Positions 26,747-36,384 are shown, numbered from the stretch's first letter. The stretch: DNA of 64,000 nucleotides from Dehalococcoidia bacterium (GCA_963666415.2 CAXXPD010000003.1:144961-208960), one strand, 5' to 3'. Made by a program: numbers and translations. The notes: generated by a model not told the origin, from the sequence alone.

Positions 26747-27397
26747 TCAATCGGTATGACCATTCAGTAACCTCTCGATTTCATCGCGGATTGCGCTCAT
26801 CTGCTGCTGCGCGGTGCGGTCCCTGCCATCAAACACGGACTGTCCGGCGATGATGGTCATGGGGTAGGCCACTCGATCGGTAGTGCGGGACGCCATGACC
26901 GGCAGCCCGTAGGCCGCCAGAGACTCGTCAATGTGCCGGCTCAACAGCGTTCCAGGCTTGTCTGCCGTTACCACGAATGTGGCCGCCGGCCGGCCGCCGT
27001 TGGCCGTCTGGCTGGCCTTCACCGCGGCCACCAACTGGGGGCACGCCCAGAGGTCGAAAGGGCCTGGCGTCGCCGGGATAACCACCAGATCGGCCACACG
27101 GATCGCATCGGCGATGATGCTCGTTAGTCTGGGCGGCCCATCGATGACGACCCAATCATGCTCGGCTGCCGCAGCCCTCACTTCGGCGAAGACCGCATCT
27201 TGCCCCAGTTCCCGCACGTCGATGCCTGGCGGGCCGTCAGGGCCTGAGCGGGACGCCCACACCCGGCAGCTCGCCTGGCTGTCAGAGTCGAAGAGCAGGA
27301 CGCTCTGGCCCTGGCCGGCGAACGCGGCCGCCAGGTTCAGGGCCAGAGTGGACTTCCCGGTGCCTCCCTTCTGGCTCAGGATGGATACGACTGCCAT
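26747..27397 (-). CDS. parA: ParA-family partition ATPase
   Basis: Deviant Walker A SQKGGTGKST and DGPP. About 216 aa from the Met at 27397; the ORF extends to 27463. Confidence 0.85.
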   Translation of the reverse strand: MAVVSILSQKGGTGKSTLALNLAAAFAGQGQSVLLFDSDSQASCRVWASRSGPDGPPGIDVRELGQDAVFAEVRAAAAEHDWVVIDGPPRLTSIIADAIRVADLVVIPATPGPFDLWACPQLVAAVKASQTANGGRPAATFVVTADKPGTLLSRHIDESLAAYGLPVMASRTTDRVAYPMTIIAGQSVFDGRDRTAQQQMSAIRDEIERLLNGHTD

Positions 27398-27710
27398 TGC
27401 GCTCTCCCTCTCGCGTGTACACGTGTATACGACGACTTGACGACACGCCGACACGGCTACCAATGAACCTGGCGACCGGCCGACTCATGTTGCGACCGAC
27501 TCGTGTACCGCTGACCTGAGTACCTATCGACACAGCAACCAATGTACACAGGTCGCCGGACGATTCCATAGGGCCTGGGATGCGGATTTTGACGACTTTG
27601 CCGGCACGCGTTGACAGCCCGGGCTGCGGCATTTACCGTGTGGCATCCCCTACCGCAGCGAGCTGGACCTTTCCGGCCGCTGATTAAACCCGGCTCCAAG
27701 GAGGACCCCG

Positions 27711-27881
27711 ATGACCACATCCACGACGGACATCTACTGCGTCAAATGCAAGGCCAAGACCGGATCCACGGCGATCGAGGGCGTGGTCATGAAGAACGGC
27801 CGTCCGGCGACGAAGGCAACCTGCGCGGTGTGCGGGTCTGGGAAATACCGGATCGGCGCCACTCCCGCTGCGGAGGCGTAG
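27711..27881 (+). CDS. small Zn-ribbon protein (DUF5679-like)
   Basis: 56 aa, below the ORF-track cutoff. Sequence: MTTSTTDIYCVKCKAKTGSTAIEGVVMKNGRPATKATCAVCGSGKYRIG. RBS AAGGAGGA at 27698. A paralogue lies at 53950-54114. Confidence 0.7.
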   Translation: MTTSTTDIYCVKCKAKTGSTAIEGVVMKNGRPATKATCAVCGSGKYRIGATPAAEA

Positions 27882-27965
27882 ACCAACCGGTGGGCGCCGA
27901 ATTCACCGGACCGTGCAGCCGAAACGGGTTGATGGCGCAGTCTTATTCCGGGCATACTCCATCGC

Positions 27966-28298
27966 ATGGACATCAATAAGCACCTTTCCCTGTACCTTGC
28001 AACGGGTAACTTCACACTAGACCAGGAAACCAGCGACCGCTTGGTGGAGTTGGTAAGGGATGGCCTCTCCCTCGGGGCAGCGTGCGAAAGATTGGGAGTG
28101 AATCGCTCCACCTGGTATCTACGCAAGAGGGAAGGAGAAGATCCCAACGGCCGCACCGAAATGAAGTGGTTTACTCTACGTCTAGCTGCCGCTGAAGTCT
28201 CTGCGGCGAAACAAAACCTGCGCACTGTGGCGAATACGCTGGGCGTGGATGTCCAACGGTTTCCCCACTTGCTAGAGCTTCAAGTATCTCTCGACTAA
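27966..28298 (+). CDS. small HTH protein
   Basis: 110 aa with GLSLGAACERLGVNRSTWYLRK. Aligns with its convergent neighbour. Confidence 0.5.
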   Translation: MDINKHLSLYLATGNFTLDQETSDRLVELVRDGLSLGAACERLGVNRSTWYLRKREGEDPNGRTEMKWFTLRLAAAEVSAAKQNLRTVANTLGVDVQRFPHLLELQVSLD

Positions 28299-28627
28299 TC
28301 GTCCAGCAGGGAACGGCTCCCCAGGCCTCGGTCCTGTAAGTGCGGGAAAATCATATCGAGTAGCTGTTCATACTCATGCTGCGCCACCAACGCCCTAGTC
28401 CAAGCGACTCGCGCAGCAAAACGTTTCCATTCCAAAGGTCCGTCTATTTGCCGGCCTCGTGCCAACCAGTGCGTCACCGTCGCATAGGGTACGGATGACC
28501 GGGCTGCCGCTTTGGTGAGCGGTATTCCCCTCAACAAATCCTGGACAATCAGTTCGCCGAGTTCCGGAGTGAATGGGAAGCTGCTGCTTCTTCCACGGCG
28601 GTTCGGCCCCCGGCGACCAACGGACAT
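28295..28627 (-). CDS. small HTH protein, convergent paralogue of 27966-28298
   Basis: 110 aa with GIPLTKAAARSSVPYATVTHWLARGR...EWKRFAARVA. The two stop codons overlap. Confidence 0.5.
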   Translation of the reverse strand: MSVGRRGPNRRGRSSSFPFTPELGELIVQDLLRGIPLTKAAARSSVPYATVTHWLARGRQIDGPLEWKRFAARVAWTRALVAQHEYEQLLDMIFPHLQDRGLGSRSLLDD

Positions 28628-28683
28628 GGTGTTCCCCCCTCGCGTTTGGGAAGCCCAATATAGAAATCTGCGGCGTCAGAACA

Positions 28684-30136
28684 GTAACAGTTCAGAGTTG
28701 CGGGGAAATGAGCAGTTGACGGCAGGCGGCGAGAGGATTTAGACCCTGGGCGCGCCAGGTGCCGAAGATGGATGCCAGCGTCATCTTGCTCTCGGTGCCC
28801 TGCTCCGAGCGGGTGCCGCCGCTGATCTTGCGACTGATGACCAGGTGGCGCCGGCTGCGTTCGGCCGGGTTGTTGTCCGACGGCACGTCCGGTTCGGCCA
28901 CGAAGACGAAGAGTTCCTTGATGAAGTGCTCGATGCGCCGGCACAGCTTGCCCTGGACAACCGACGGGTCAGACAGGAAAGGGCGGCAGATGGCCAGCAG
29001 CTTCCGCTCCCAGGCCAGTTGGGCAACACGCCTTTGCCATGGCTCGTGATGGTTGCAGGCTTTGGCTGCGACATAGAGCTGGTGGACGGCCGCGGCCCAT
29101 CGGGCCAGTGCGGCGTCTTTGGGGTAGCGGGTGCGCTGGTCGTGGATGTCCCGCAGCAGGTGGGCCCAGCACCGCTGCTTGGGGCCATCGTAATGGTGGT
29201 AGGCGGCGTAGAAATCGCTGACCAGCACTCCGGAGAAAGCATCGCTCAGCGCCTCGTCCACCACCGCCTTGCCCCGACCCCGCCGCAGGAAGTAGCGCTC
29301 GGTGGGGGTGCTGAAAGTCCACACGTAGCCGTTGGCCCCGCTCTGACGCCAGCCGGTTTCGTCGGCGTGGACCACTGGGCTGGCGCGGATGCGGTCCAGG
29401 ATCGCGGCCACTGCCGGTTGGGCCCGCTGCGCCGTGCGATGGATGGCGCTCACGATGGCCCCCACGCTGAGGCGCAACTGATGCACGGTGTCCAGATACC
29501 ACTGGACGCTGCGGATGGGCAGCCGCCCCTCTTCCCGCAGCGTGGCGATCAGGCTGAGCAGGTTGACGCCGAGGCGCTGCTGGCCCAGGACCACGCCGTC
29601 CAGTACCGCCGGAGGTGTGCAGCGCCGTCGGCAGGCCGGGCAAGTCCGAGCAAGGTAGACGTGCTCGGTGACTTGCACCGGAACCACCGGCAGCTCGATG
29701 ACTTCCCGAGTGCGCTGGATCCAGCCGCCGGACAGGTGGGCGCCGCAATCGGGGCAGTTCTCCATCACGTGCTCCACCCGATGGGTCGGTGTCATGCGCG
29801 GGCGGGCGAAGCCGTGGCGTCGCTGCTTGCGGGGCTGCTGCTGTGCCGGTGGCTGGCGGCCCGAACTGGACTTGAGGCCGGGCATTCGAGGTGGGCCACC
29901 CGATTTGGCTTGGCCTTCCAGTTCGGCAATCCGCCGCTGCAACCGCTCAATCACCCGCTGCTGTTCCAGAACGGTGGCCTGCAGTTGGGCGATGATGGCG
30001 ATGAGGACATCGCGGGTGGCGGTGGTCAGGTCAATTTCGGTATCCACTCCCTGTATATGACATAACCGCCGCCACCCGTGCCAGCGTCTGGCAGCCCACC
30101 TTCGGCCAATTCACCTCCCCAAGTCTGAACTGTTAC
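28684..30136 (-). mobile_element. IS66-family (single-ORF, ISBst12-like) insertion sequence, copy 1
   Basis: Inverted repeats GTAACAGTTCAGAGTTG / CAAGTCTGAACTGTTAC. 8-bp duplication TCAGAACA at 28676-28683 and 30137-30144. Confidence 0.9.
28692..30047 (-). CDS. IS66-family transposase
   Basis: 451 aa. CPDCG...CPACRR zinc motif, HADETGWR, DFYAAYHHY. No tnpA or tnpB accessory ORFs. Confidence 0.9.
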   Translation of the reverse strand: MDTEIDLTTATRDVLIAIIAQLQATVLEQQRVIERLQRRIAELEGQAKSGGPPRMPGLKSSSGRQPPAQQQPRKQRRHGFARPRMTPTHRVEHVMENCPDCGAHLSGGWIQRTREVIELPVVPVQVTEHVYLARTCPACRRRCTPPAVLDGVVLGQQRLGVNLLSLIATLREEGRLPIRSVQWYLDTVHQLRLSVGAIVSAIHRTAQRAQPAVAAILDRIRASPVVHADETGWRQSGANGYVWTFSTPTERYFLRRGRGKAVVDEALSDAFSGVLVSDFYAAYHHYDGPKQRCWAHLLRDIHDQRTRYPKDAALARWAAAVHQLYVAAKACNHHEPWQRRVAQLAWERKLLAICRPFLSDPSVVQGKLCRRIEHFIKELFVFVAEPDVPSDNNPAERSRRHLVISRKISGGTRSEQGTESKMTLASIFGTWRAQGLNPLAACRQLLISPQL

Positions 30137-30577
30137 TCAGAACACCCGACGTTGCCATTCACCGTGTATTTTTGTATGATAACTTCAGCATATGCCATCG
30201 TTGGCGGGATTCTTGTCGGTCACCATCGTCCCCAGGAAACGCGATGCGGCGCTAGGGGTTTTCCCCTAAGCGGGGTTGTCACAGCCCGCCAGGTGCTGGT
30301 CAGAAGCGAGAGATTTCCGATAATTATTGATTTCTGCCCAAACTGGGTTGACATACCCACTGGACGGTTTGATAGAGTCGACATAACGAAAAAGCCCGCG
30401 GCGGTTTACCGATCACCGCGGGCCGATGCTAAAACCCACCGGGCAAGGTTGTTTCAGCATGAAAGTCCCCATCCACAGTTCCAACTGCATTGAACCCCCA
30501 CCTAAATGGGGCAAAGAGGTACTCTCGTGGTAAGTGTAGCGCAGGTAGCGCCTAACTTCAAGGACAGCAGCTTCCCT

Positions 30578-32006
30578 GTAACAGTTCAGACTTGGTGAGG
30601 TGAATTGGCCGAAGGCGGGTTGCCGAACGCTGGCACGGGTGGCGGTGGTTATGTCATATACAGGGCATGGATACTGAAGTGGACCTGACCACCGTCGACC
30701 GCGCTGTCCTCATTGCCATCATCGCCGAGTTACAGGCGGTGATTGAGCGGTTGCAGCGGCGGATTGCCGAACTGGAAGGCCAGGCGAAACCGGGCGGCCC
30801 GCTCCGAATGCCCGGCCTCAAGGCGAAATCGGGCCGGAAGCCCCCAGCGCAGCAGCCCCGTAAGCAGCGACGCCACGGCTTCGCTCGCCCGCGCATGACA
30901 CCGACCCACCGGGTGGAGCACGTGATGGAGAACTGTCCCGATTGCGGCGCCCACCGGTCCGGCGGCTGGATCCAGCGCACTCGGGAGGTCATCGAGCTGC
31001 CGGTGGTTCCCGCGCAAGTCACCGAGCACGTCTACATTGCTCGGACTTGCCCGGCCTGCCGACGGCGCTGCACACCTCCGGCGGAACTGGGCGGCGTGGT
31101 CTTGGGTCAGCAGCGCCTCGGCGTCAACCTGCTCAGCCTGATCGCCACGCTGCGGGAAGAGGGGCGGCTGCCCATCCGCAGCGTCCAGTGGTATCTGGAC
31201 ACCGTGCATCAGTTGCGCCTCAGCGTGGGGGCCATCGTGAGCGCCATCCATCGCACGGCGCAGCGGGCCCAACCGGCAGTGGCCGCGATCCTGGACCGCA
31301 TCCGCGCCAGCCCAGTGGTCCATGCCGACGAAACCGGCTGGCGTCAGAACGGGGCCAACGGCTACGTGTGGACTTTCAGCACCCCCACCGAACGCTACTT
31401 CCTGCGGCGGGGTCGGGGCAAAACAGTCGTGGACGAGGCGCTGAGCGATGCTTTCTCCGGAGTATTGGTCAGCGATTTCTACGCCGCCTACCACCATTAT
31501 GACGGCCCCAAGCAGCGGTGCTGGGCCCACCTGCTGCGGGACATCCATGACCTGCGCACCCGCTACCCCGATGCTGCGCCACTGGCCAGGTGGGCCGACG
31601 CCGTCCACGGGATTTACGACCGGGCCAAAGCCTGCACTCATCCCCAGGCCAAGCGGCGGCGCACCGCCCAACTGGCCCTGGAACGACAACTGCTGGCCCT
31701 CGGCCAGCCCTTCCGGCACGACCCGTCGGCAACCCAGGCCAAGCTGTGCCGACGCATCGAGCGCCACATCAAGGAACTCTTCGTCTTCGTGGCCGAACCG
31801 GACGTGCCTTCAGACAACAACGCTGCCGAACGCAGCCTGCGCCATCTGGTCATCAGCCGCAAGATCAGCGGCGGCACCCGCTCGGAGCAGGGCACCGAGC
31901 GCAAGATGACGCTGGCATCCATCTTCGGCACCTGGCGCGCCCAAGGTCTAAATCCTCTCGCCGCCTGCCGTCAGCTGCTCGTTTCCCCTCTACTCTGAAC
32001 TGTTAT
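30578..32006 (+). mobile_element. IS66-family insertion sequence, copy 2
   Basis: Left inverted repeat GTAACAGTTCAGACTTGG at 30578. The right end CTGAACTGTTAT directly abuts IS256 copy B, so the right-hand duplication is lost. Confidence 0.85.
30667..31998 (+). CDS. IS66-family transposase
   Basis: 443 aa, about 90% identical to copy 1. Confidence 0.9.
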   Translation: MDTEVDLTTVDRAVLIAIIAELQAVIERLQRRIAELEGQAKPGGPLRMPGLKAKSGRKPPAQQPRKQRRHGFARPRMTPTHRVEHVMENCPDCGAHRSGGWIQRTREVIELPVVPAQVTEHVYIARTCPACRRRCTPPAELGGVVLGQQRLGVNLLSLIATLREEGRLPIRSVQWYLDTVHQLRLSVGAIVSAIHRTAQRAQPAVAAILDRIRASPVVHADETGWRQNGANGYVWTFSTPTERYFLRRGRGKTVVDEALSDAFSGVLVSDFYAAYHHYDGPKQRCWAHLLRDIHDLRTRYPDAAPLARWADAVHGIYDRAKACTHPQAKRRRTAQLALERQLLALGQPFRHDPSATQAKLCRRIERHIKELFVFVAEPDVPSDNNAAERSLRHLVISRKISGGTRSEQGTERKMTLASIFGTWRAQGLNPLAACRQLLVSPLL

Positions 32007-33372
32007 CGTAGTGTCCCGTCAAGTAGTGTAAAAGCGCGTCATCCCTTTTGATGTTGATCAGGCCGCTGCGTCCAGCATATTGGGCTTCGGCAGTGCCTCG
32101 TTGCCGGCGGCGTTGGGGATGGTGAGATAGCGGCGGCCTTCGGCCCATTCGTCGTGTTGCTCGGCCAGCACCGCGCCCACCAGGCGCCGCGCCGACAGCC
32201 GGTTGGGGAAAATGCCCACCACGTCAGTCCGGCGCCTTATCTCCCGGTTCAGCCGTTCCTGCGGGTTGTTGGACCACAGCTTCTGCCAGTGGGCCACTGG
32301 GAAGGCCGTGAAGGCCAGGATGTCCGGCGCGGCATCCGCCAGCAGTTCGGCCACCTGGGCAAAGGGCTCCCGGAGTTGTTCCACCACTCGACTCAATTGG
32401 CCGTGGACCTCGGCGGGAGACAGTTGCTGGTAGATGGTGCGTACCATGGTGGCCACGCCGGGTTGGGCACGCTTGGGCACTCGGGTGAGCAGGTTGGCCA
32501 TGAAGTGGGTGCGGCAGCGTTGCCAGCTGGCCCCAGCAAACACCGCGGCGATGGCGTTCTTCAGCCCCTGGTGAGCATCGGAGGTTACCAGCTCCACTCC
32601 GCTGAGGCCCCGAGCGGTCAGCGACCGCAGGAAGGCCAGCCAGAAGGCGCCGTCCTCGCTGGCGCCCACGTCCATACCCAGGATCTCACGCTGCCCTTCG
32701 GCATTGACCCCCGTCGCCACCACCACGCAGACGTTGACGATGCGGCCGCCCTCCCGCACCTTCTGGGTCAGGCCGTCCAGCCACACGTAGGGGTAGGGAC
32801 CACCGTCCAGGGGCCGACCCAGGAAACTCTCCACCACCTCATCCAGTTGCTGGCAGATGCGCGACACCTGGCTGCTGGAGATGCCGTCGCAGCCCAGGGC
32901 CTTGATCAGATCATCCACCCGTCGGGTGGACACGCCTTCTACATAGGCTTGCTGGATGACGGCCAGCAAGGCTTTCTCGCTGCGCCGCCGCGGTTCCAGC
33001 AGGCTGGGGAAGTAGCTGCCTTCCCGCAGCTTGGGAATATGCAACTCCATGGTGCCGACCCGGGTGTCCCAGGTGCGGTTGCGGTAGCCATTGCGGTAGG
33101 TGACCCGCTCCGGGCTGCGTTCGCCGTGCTCAGCGCCGATCTGGGCGGAAACCTCGGCGTCCATGATGCCGTCCACCAGGACCCGCAGTGCTTCCCGCAG
33201 AAAGTCCACGTCTCCGTCCATACCACGCTTGCGTAATAATTCCAAAAGATCCATTCTTTGCTTGACCACCATCGTTCTCCTTGTTCAGGTCTGGCATTTC
33301 CGATCAAGGATGACGCGGTGGTTAGCTTTGGGCTACACCGATTCTTTTACACCACCTCCCGGTACTCTACTA
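32007..33372 (-). mobile_element. IS256-family insertion sequence, copy B (intact)
   Basis: Same termini as the other copies. It is the only copy with an uninterrupted transposase ORF. No flanking duplication found. Confidence 0.85.
32058..33272 (-). CDS. IS256-family (mutator-type) transposase
   Basis: 404 aa. MVVKQRMDLLELLRK...YVWLDG...VTSDAHQGL...NNPQERLNREIRRR. Confidence 0.9.
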   Translation of the reverse strand: MVVKQRMDLLELLRKRGMDGDVDFLREALRVLVDGIMDAEVSAQIGAEHGERSPERVTYRNGYRNRTWDTRVGTMELHIPKLREGSYFPSLLEPRRRSEKALLAVIQQAYVEGVSTRRVDDLIKALGCDGISSSQVSRICQQLDEVVESFLGRPLDGGPYPYVWLDGLTQKVREGGRIVNVCVVVATGVNAEGQREILGMDVGASEDGAFWLAFLRSLTARGLSGVELVTSDAHQGLKNAIAAVFAGASWQRCRTHFMANLLTRVPKRAQPGVATMVRTIYQQLSPAEVHGQLSRVVEQLREPFAQVAELLADAAPDILAFTAFPVAHWQKLWSNNPQERLNREIRRRTDVVGIFPNRLSARRLVGAVLAEQHDEWAEGRRYLTIPNAAGNEALPKPNMLDAAA

Positions 33373-33660
33373 GTGTTTGGTGCCACTGGCTGGACCAGAC
33401 GGATTACAACGCCGTGGCGGATCGGACCAGGTATTAACGCCGGTCGGCGGAGTGCATTCCGTTATTACACATAACGGCTGTTGCGCGAACCAATTCGGGT
33501 ATCAAAACAGGAGCTGCGTCTGCTTGAGGTCGCCAAAGTTCGTGCGGATCGAAACGGGATAGATCCACGACTGGATTGACCTTGACGCGAGGGTGCTGCT
33601 CACCAAAGCGACGTTAACAAGCGTTGGCGGGCTGGCCAGATGGTTCCGTTGCCTTGTGCG

Positions 33661-35155
33661 GTAACTGTTCAGATTTGAGGGGAAGTGAGCAGTTGGCGGC
33701 AGGCGGCGAGGGGGTTCAGGCCTCGTGCGCGCCAGGTGCCGAAGACCGATGCCAGCGTCATCTTGCTCTCGGTACCACGTTCCGACCGGGTGCCGCCGCT
33801 GACCTTGCGGCTGATAACCACATGGCGCAGGCTGCGCTCGGCGGGGTTGTTGTCCGACGGCACGTCCGGTTCGGCCACGAAGACGAAGAGTTCCTTGATG
33901 TGGCGCTCGATGCGCCGGCACAGCCGGCCCTGCAGAGCTAGCGGGTCAGCCAGGAAGGGCTGGCAGATGACCAGCAGCTGCCGCTCCCAGGCCAGTTGAG
34001 CGGTGCGCCGTCGTCGTGCCTGAGGATGGGTGAAAGACCTGGCCTCGACATAGAGCTGATGGACTGCCTCGGCCCACTGGGCCAGCGCGGTGTCCTTGGG
34101 GTAGAGCGCCACCAGGTCGTGGATGTCCCGCAACAGGTGGGCCCAGCACCGTTGCTTGGGGCCATCGTAATGGTGGTAGGCGGCGTAGAAATCGCTGACC
34201 AGCACTCCGGAGAACGACTCGCTCAGCGCCTCGTCCACCACCGCCTTGCCCCGACCCCGCCGCAGGAAGTAGCGCTCGGTGGGGGTGCTGAAAGTCCAGA
34301 CGTAACCGTTGTTCCCATTCTGGCGCCAGCCGGTTTCGTCGGCGTGGACCACTGGGCTGGCGCGGATGCGGTCCACAATCCCAGCCACCGCTGGTTGGGC
34401 CTGTTGCGCGGTCTGGTGAATGGCGCTCACGATGGCCCCCACGCTGAGGCGCAGCTGATGGACGGTGCGCAGATACCACTGGATGCTGCGGATCGGCAGG
34501 CGCCCTTCTTCCCGCAACGTGGCGATGCGGCTGAGCACGTTGACGCCCAGGCGTTGGCGCCCCAGTGCCACGCCGTCCAGTTGTGCTGGGGGTATGCAGC
34601 GGCGTCGACACGCTGGGCAGGTCCTGGCGATGAAGACATGCTCGGTGACTTGCACCGGAACCACCGGCAACTCGATGACTTCCCGGGTGCGCTGGACCCA
34701 GCCGCCAGTCAGGTGCGTCCCGCAATCGGGACAACTCTCCACCACGTGCTCCACCCGATGGGTCGGTGTCATGCGCGGGCGGGCGAAGCCGTGGCGTCGC
34801 TGCTTGCTGGGCTGCTGCTGCGCTGGCGGCTGGCGGCCCGAACTGGACTTGAGGCCGGGCATTCGGGGCGGGCCGCCCGGTTTCGCCTGGCCTTCCAGTT
34901 CGGCAACCCGCCGCTCCAACCGCTCAATCACCCGCTGCTGTTCCAGAACGGTGGCCTGCAGTTGGGCGATGATGGCGATGAGAACATCGCGACTGGCGGT
35001 GGTCAGGTCACTCTCAGTATCCACTCCCTCTATATGACATAACCACCGCCACCCGTGCCAGCGTCTGGCAGCCCGCCTTCGGCCAATTTACTTCACCAAG
35101 TCTGAACTGTTACCTCGCCTTCGGCCAATTCACCTCACCAAGTCTGAACTGTTAC
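33661..35155 (-). mobile_element. IS66-family insertion sequence, copy 3, with a tandemly duplicated terminal 42 nt
   Basis: 8-bp duplication CTTGTGCG at 33653-33660 and 35156-35163. Two consecutive end copies at 35072-35113 and 35114-35155. Confidence 0.9.
33669..35024 (-). CDS. IS66-family transposase
   Basis: 451 aa with a GTG start. Confidence 0.9.
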   Translation of the reverse strand: MDTESDLTTASRDVLIAIIAQLQATVLEQQRVIERLERRVAELEGQAKPGGPPRMPGLKSSSGRQPPAQQQPSKQRRHGFARPRMTPTHRVEHVVESCPDCGTHLTGGWVQRTREVIELPVVPVQVTEHVFIARTCPACRRRCIPPAQLDGVALGRQRLGVNVLSRIATLREEGRLPIRSIQWYLRTVHQLRLSVGAIVSAIHQTAQQAQPAVAGIVDRIRASPVVHADETGWRQNGNNGYVWTFSTPTERYFLRRGRGKAVVDEALSESFSGVLVSDFYAAYHHYDGPKQRCWAHLLRDIHDLVALYPKDTALAQWAEAVHQLYVEARSFTHPQARRRRTAQLAWERQLLVICQPFLADPLALQGRLCRRIERHIKELFVFVAEPDVPSDNNPAERSLRHVVISRKVSGGTRSERGTESKMTLASVFGTWRARGLNPLAACRQLLTSPQI

Positions 35156-35344
35156 CTTGTGCGCGGTAGCCTTGTAAGGCAACTATTTCCGCCCCAACAA
35201 CAGCACTGGTTTTGACGACTGGTTCCGTTGAATAGTAGATGGCGCCCATGGTACCGGTTCCGTTTGTTTACGGTTGGTGCGCATGATAGCATCGTGACCG
35301 AATCCTTACACAGAGGGCCGCGATGAACCAGAGGGGTGGCAGGA

Positions 35345-35803
35345 ATGGCAGTTTGGATTGTTCGAGGAGGAAGCCGTTTTGCAGATGCTGAACAGGACTT
35401 CCTGGAAAGCAGGTCTGTCGGGATTTACTTTGGGGTTGACCAAACCATGGGCGGAATGAGCGATGTAGTCATGCGCAGGGAGATACAACACTTCTATATC
35501 CGTGATGTTGCAGAACGGAATGTGCAGTTTCAGCCGCGAGTGGTCACTTACTTCCTCAACCAAATGCTGACGTTCCGAGATGGCATTCAGCCGGGCGACA
35601 CTATCGTCATGCCCCGTAAGGCGTCTGGCGGACACAAGGTGGCTCAGGGGATAGTGGACGGCGGATATGAATATTGGGGTCCAGAGGATTATCGTCACCG
35701 GCGTCGGGTGCGATGGTTGGAGACTGAAATGCGACGAGAAAGTATTGAGCACGTCTGGACTCCTTCTGACCGGCGCACAGTATTACGCGTAGACGGCGGG
35801 TAG
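35345..35803 (+). CDS. hypothetical protein
   Basis: ATG at 35345 (MAVWIVRGGSRFADAEQDFLE...); the ORF opens at 35336. Lower GC than the surrounding IS DNA. Flanked by GGTTCCGTT motifs. Confidence 0.45.
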   Translation: MAVWIVRGGSRFADAEQDFLESRSVGIYFGVDQTMGGMSDVVMRREIQHFYIRDVAERNVQFQPRVVTYFLNQMLTFRDGIQPGDTIVMPRKASGGHKVAQGIVDGGYEYWGPEDYRHRRRVRWLETEMRRESIEHVWTPSDRRTVLRVDGG

Positions 35804-35859
35804 CCTCCTATGGTTCCGTTTGGAATAAGATGATGCCATGATCCCAGCGTCGCACGCTG

Positions 35860-36345
35860 TTGGCAACGTCGAGCCCTGAGGCAAGCATCATGGTCTCATC
35901 AGCATTGAAGTATATTCACTTGGCGACGATGGCAACAAAGGTTTTGCACTCCGCATGGAAGTTGTACGAGGAATCGACGCCGGACGAACGGCAAACCATC
36001 ATCCGACACTTGAATGCTATCTCGGACATTCTACGAAATGTATACCGTCGTACGAGAGGCGGAACAGTACCGGCACTCCCGATGTTGCCTGCACTGGCAA
36101 CTGGCAAACATAGTGAATTTCTGCGACGGAAACGGCACAAACGATTCACAGAACACGTGCGGCGGTTTCGCCAAAGCACGAGGCAATTTGTGAAACTCAT
36201 CCGCGAATGTCAATCGAGTTTCACGGTTCAAGAAGCAAAACAGATAGCCTGGCATCTGGACGAGATTCGGAAAGTGCTGTCTGCAATTCGGAGGCGAGAG
36301 CGATTTGGTGAGAATCCATCCTGCGCACGGAGACAACCCCAATAA
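35860..36345 (+). CDS. hypothetical basic protein
   Basis: 161-aa ORF; alternative start Met at 35890. No motif recognised. Confidence 0.4.
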   Translation: MATSSPEASIMVSSALKYIHLATMATKVLHSAWKLYEESTPDERQTIIRHLNAISDILRNVYRRTRGGTVPALPMLPALATGKHSEFLRRKRHKRFTEHVRRFRQSTRQFVKLIRECQSSFTVQEAKQIAWHLDEIRKVLSAIRRRERFGENPSCARRQPQ

Positions 36346-36384
36346 CTGGTGGTGGCCCTGCGCGTCGACGCTATCCTAAATGGG

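Noticed and set aside
30152-30493. The 113-aa ORF in the island between the inverted IS66 copies
   Set aside because: It has a TTG start and no RBS. Its translation crosses the strong hairpins and the promoter-like box. It is more likely non-coding.
30525-30577. A tRNA fragment or att site, suggested by TAGCGCAGGTAGCGC, which resembles a tRNA D-arm
   Set aside because: The downstream sequence cannot form an anticodon or T arm, and the D-loop would be too short. I kept only the 17-mer repeat observation.
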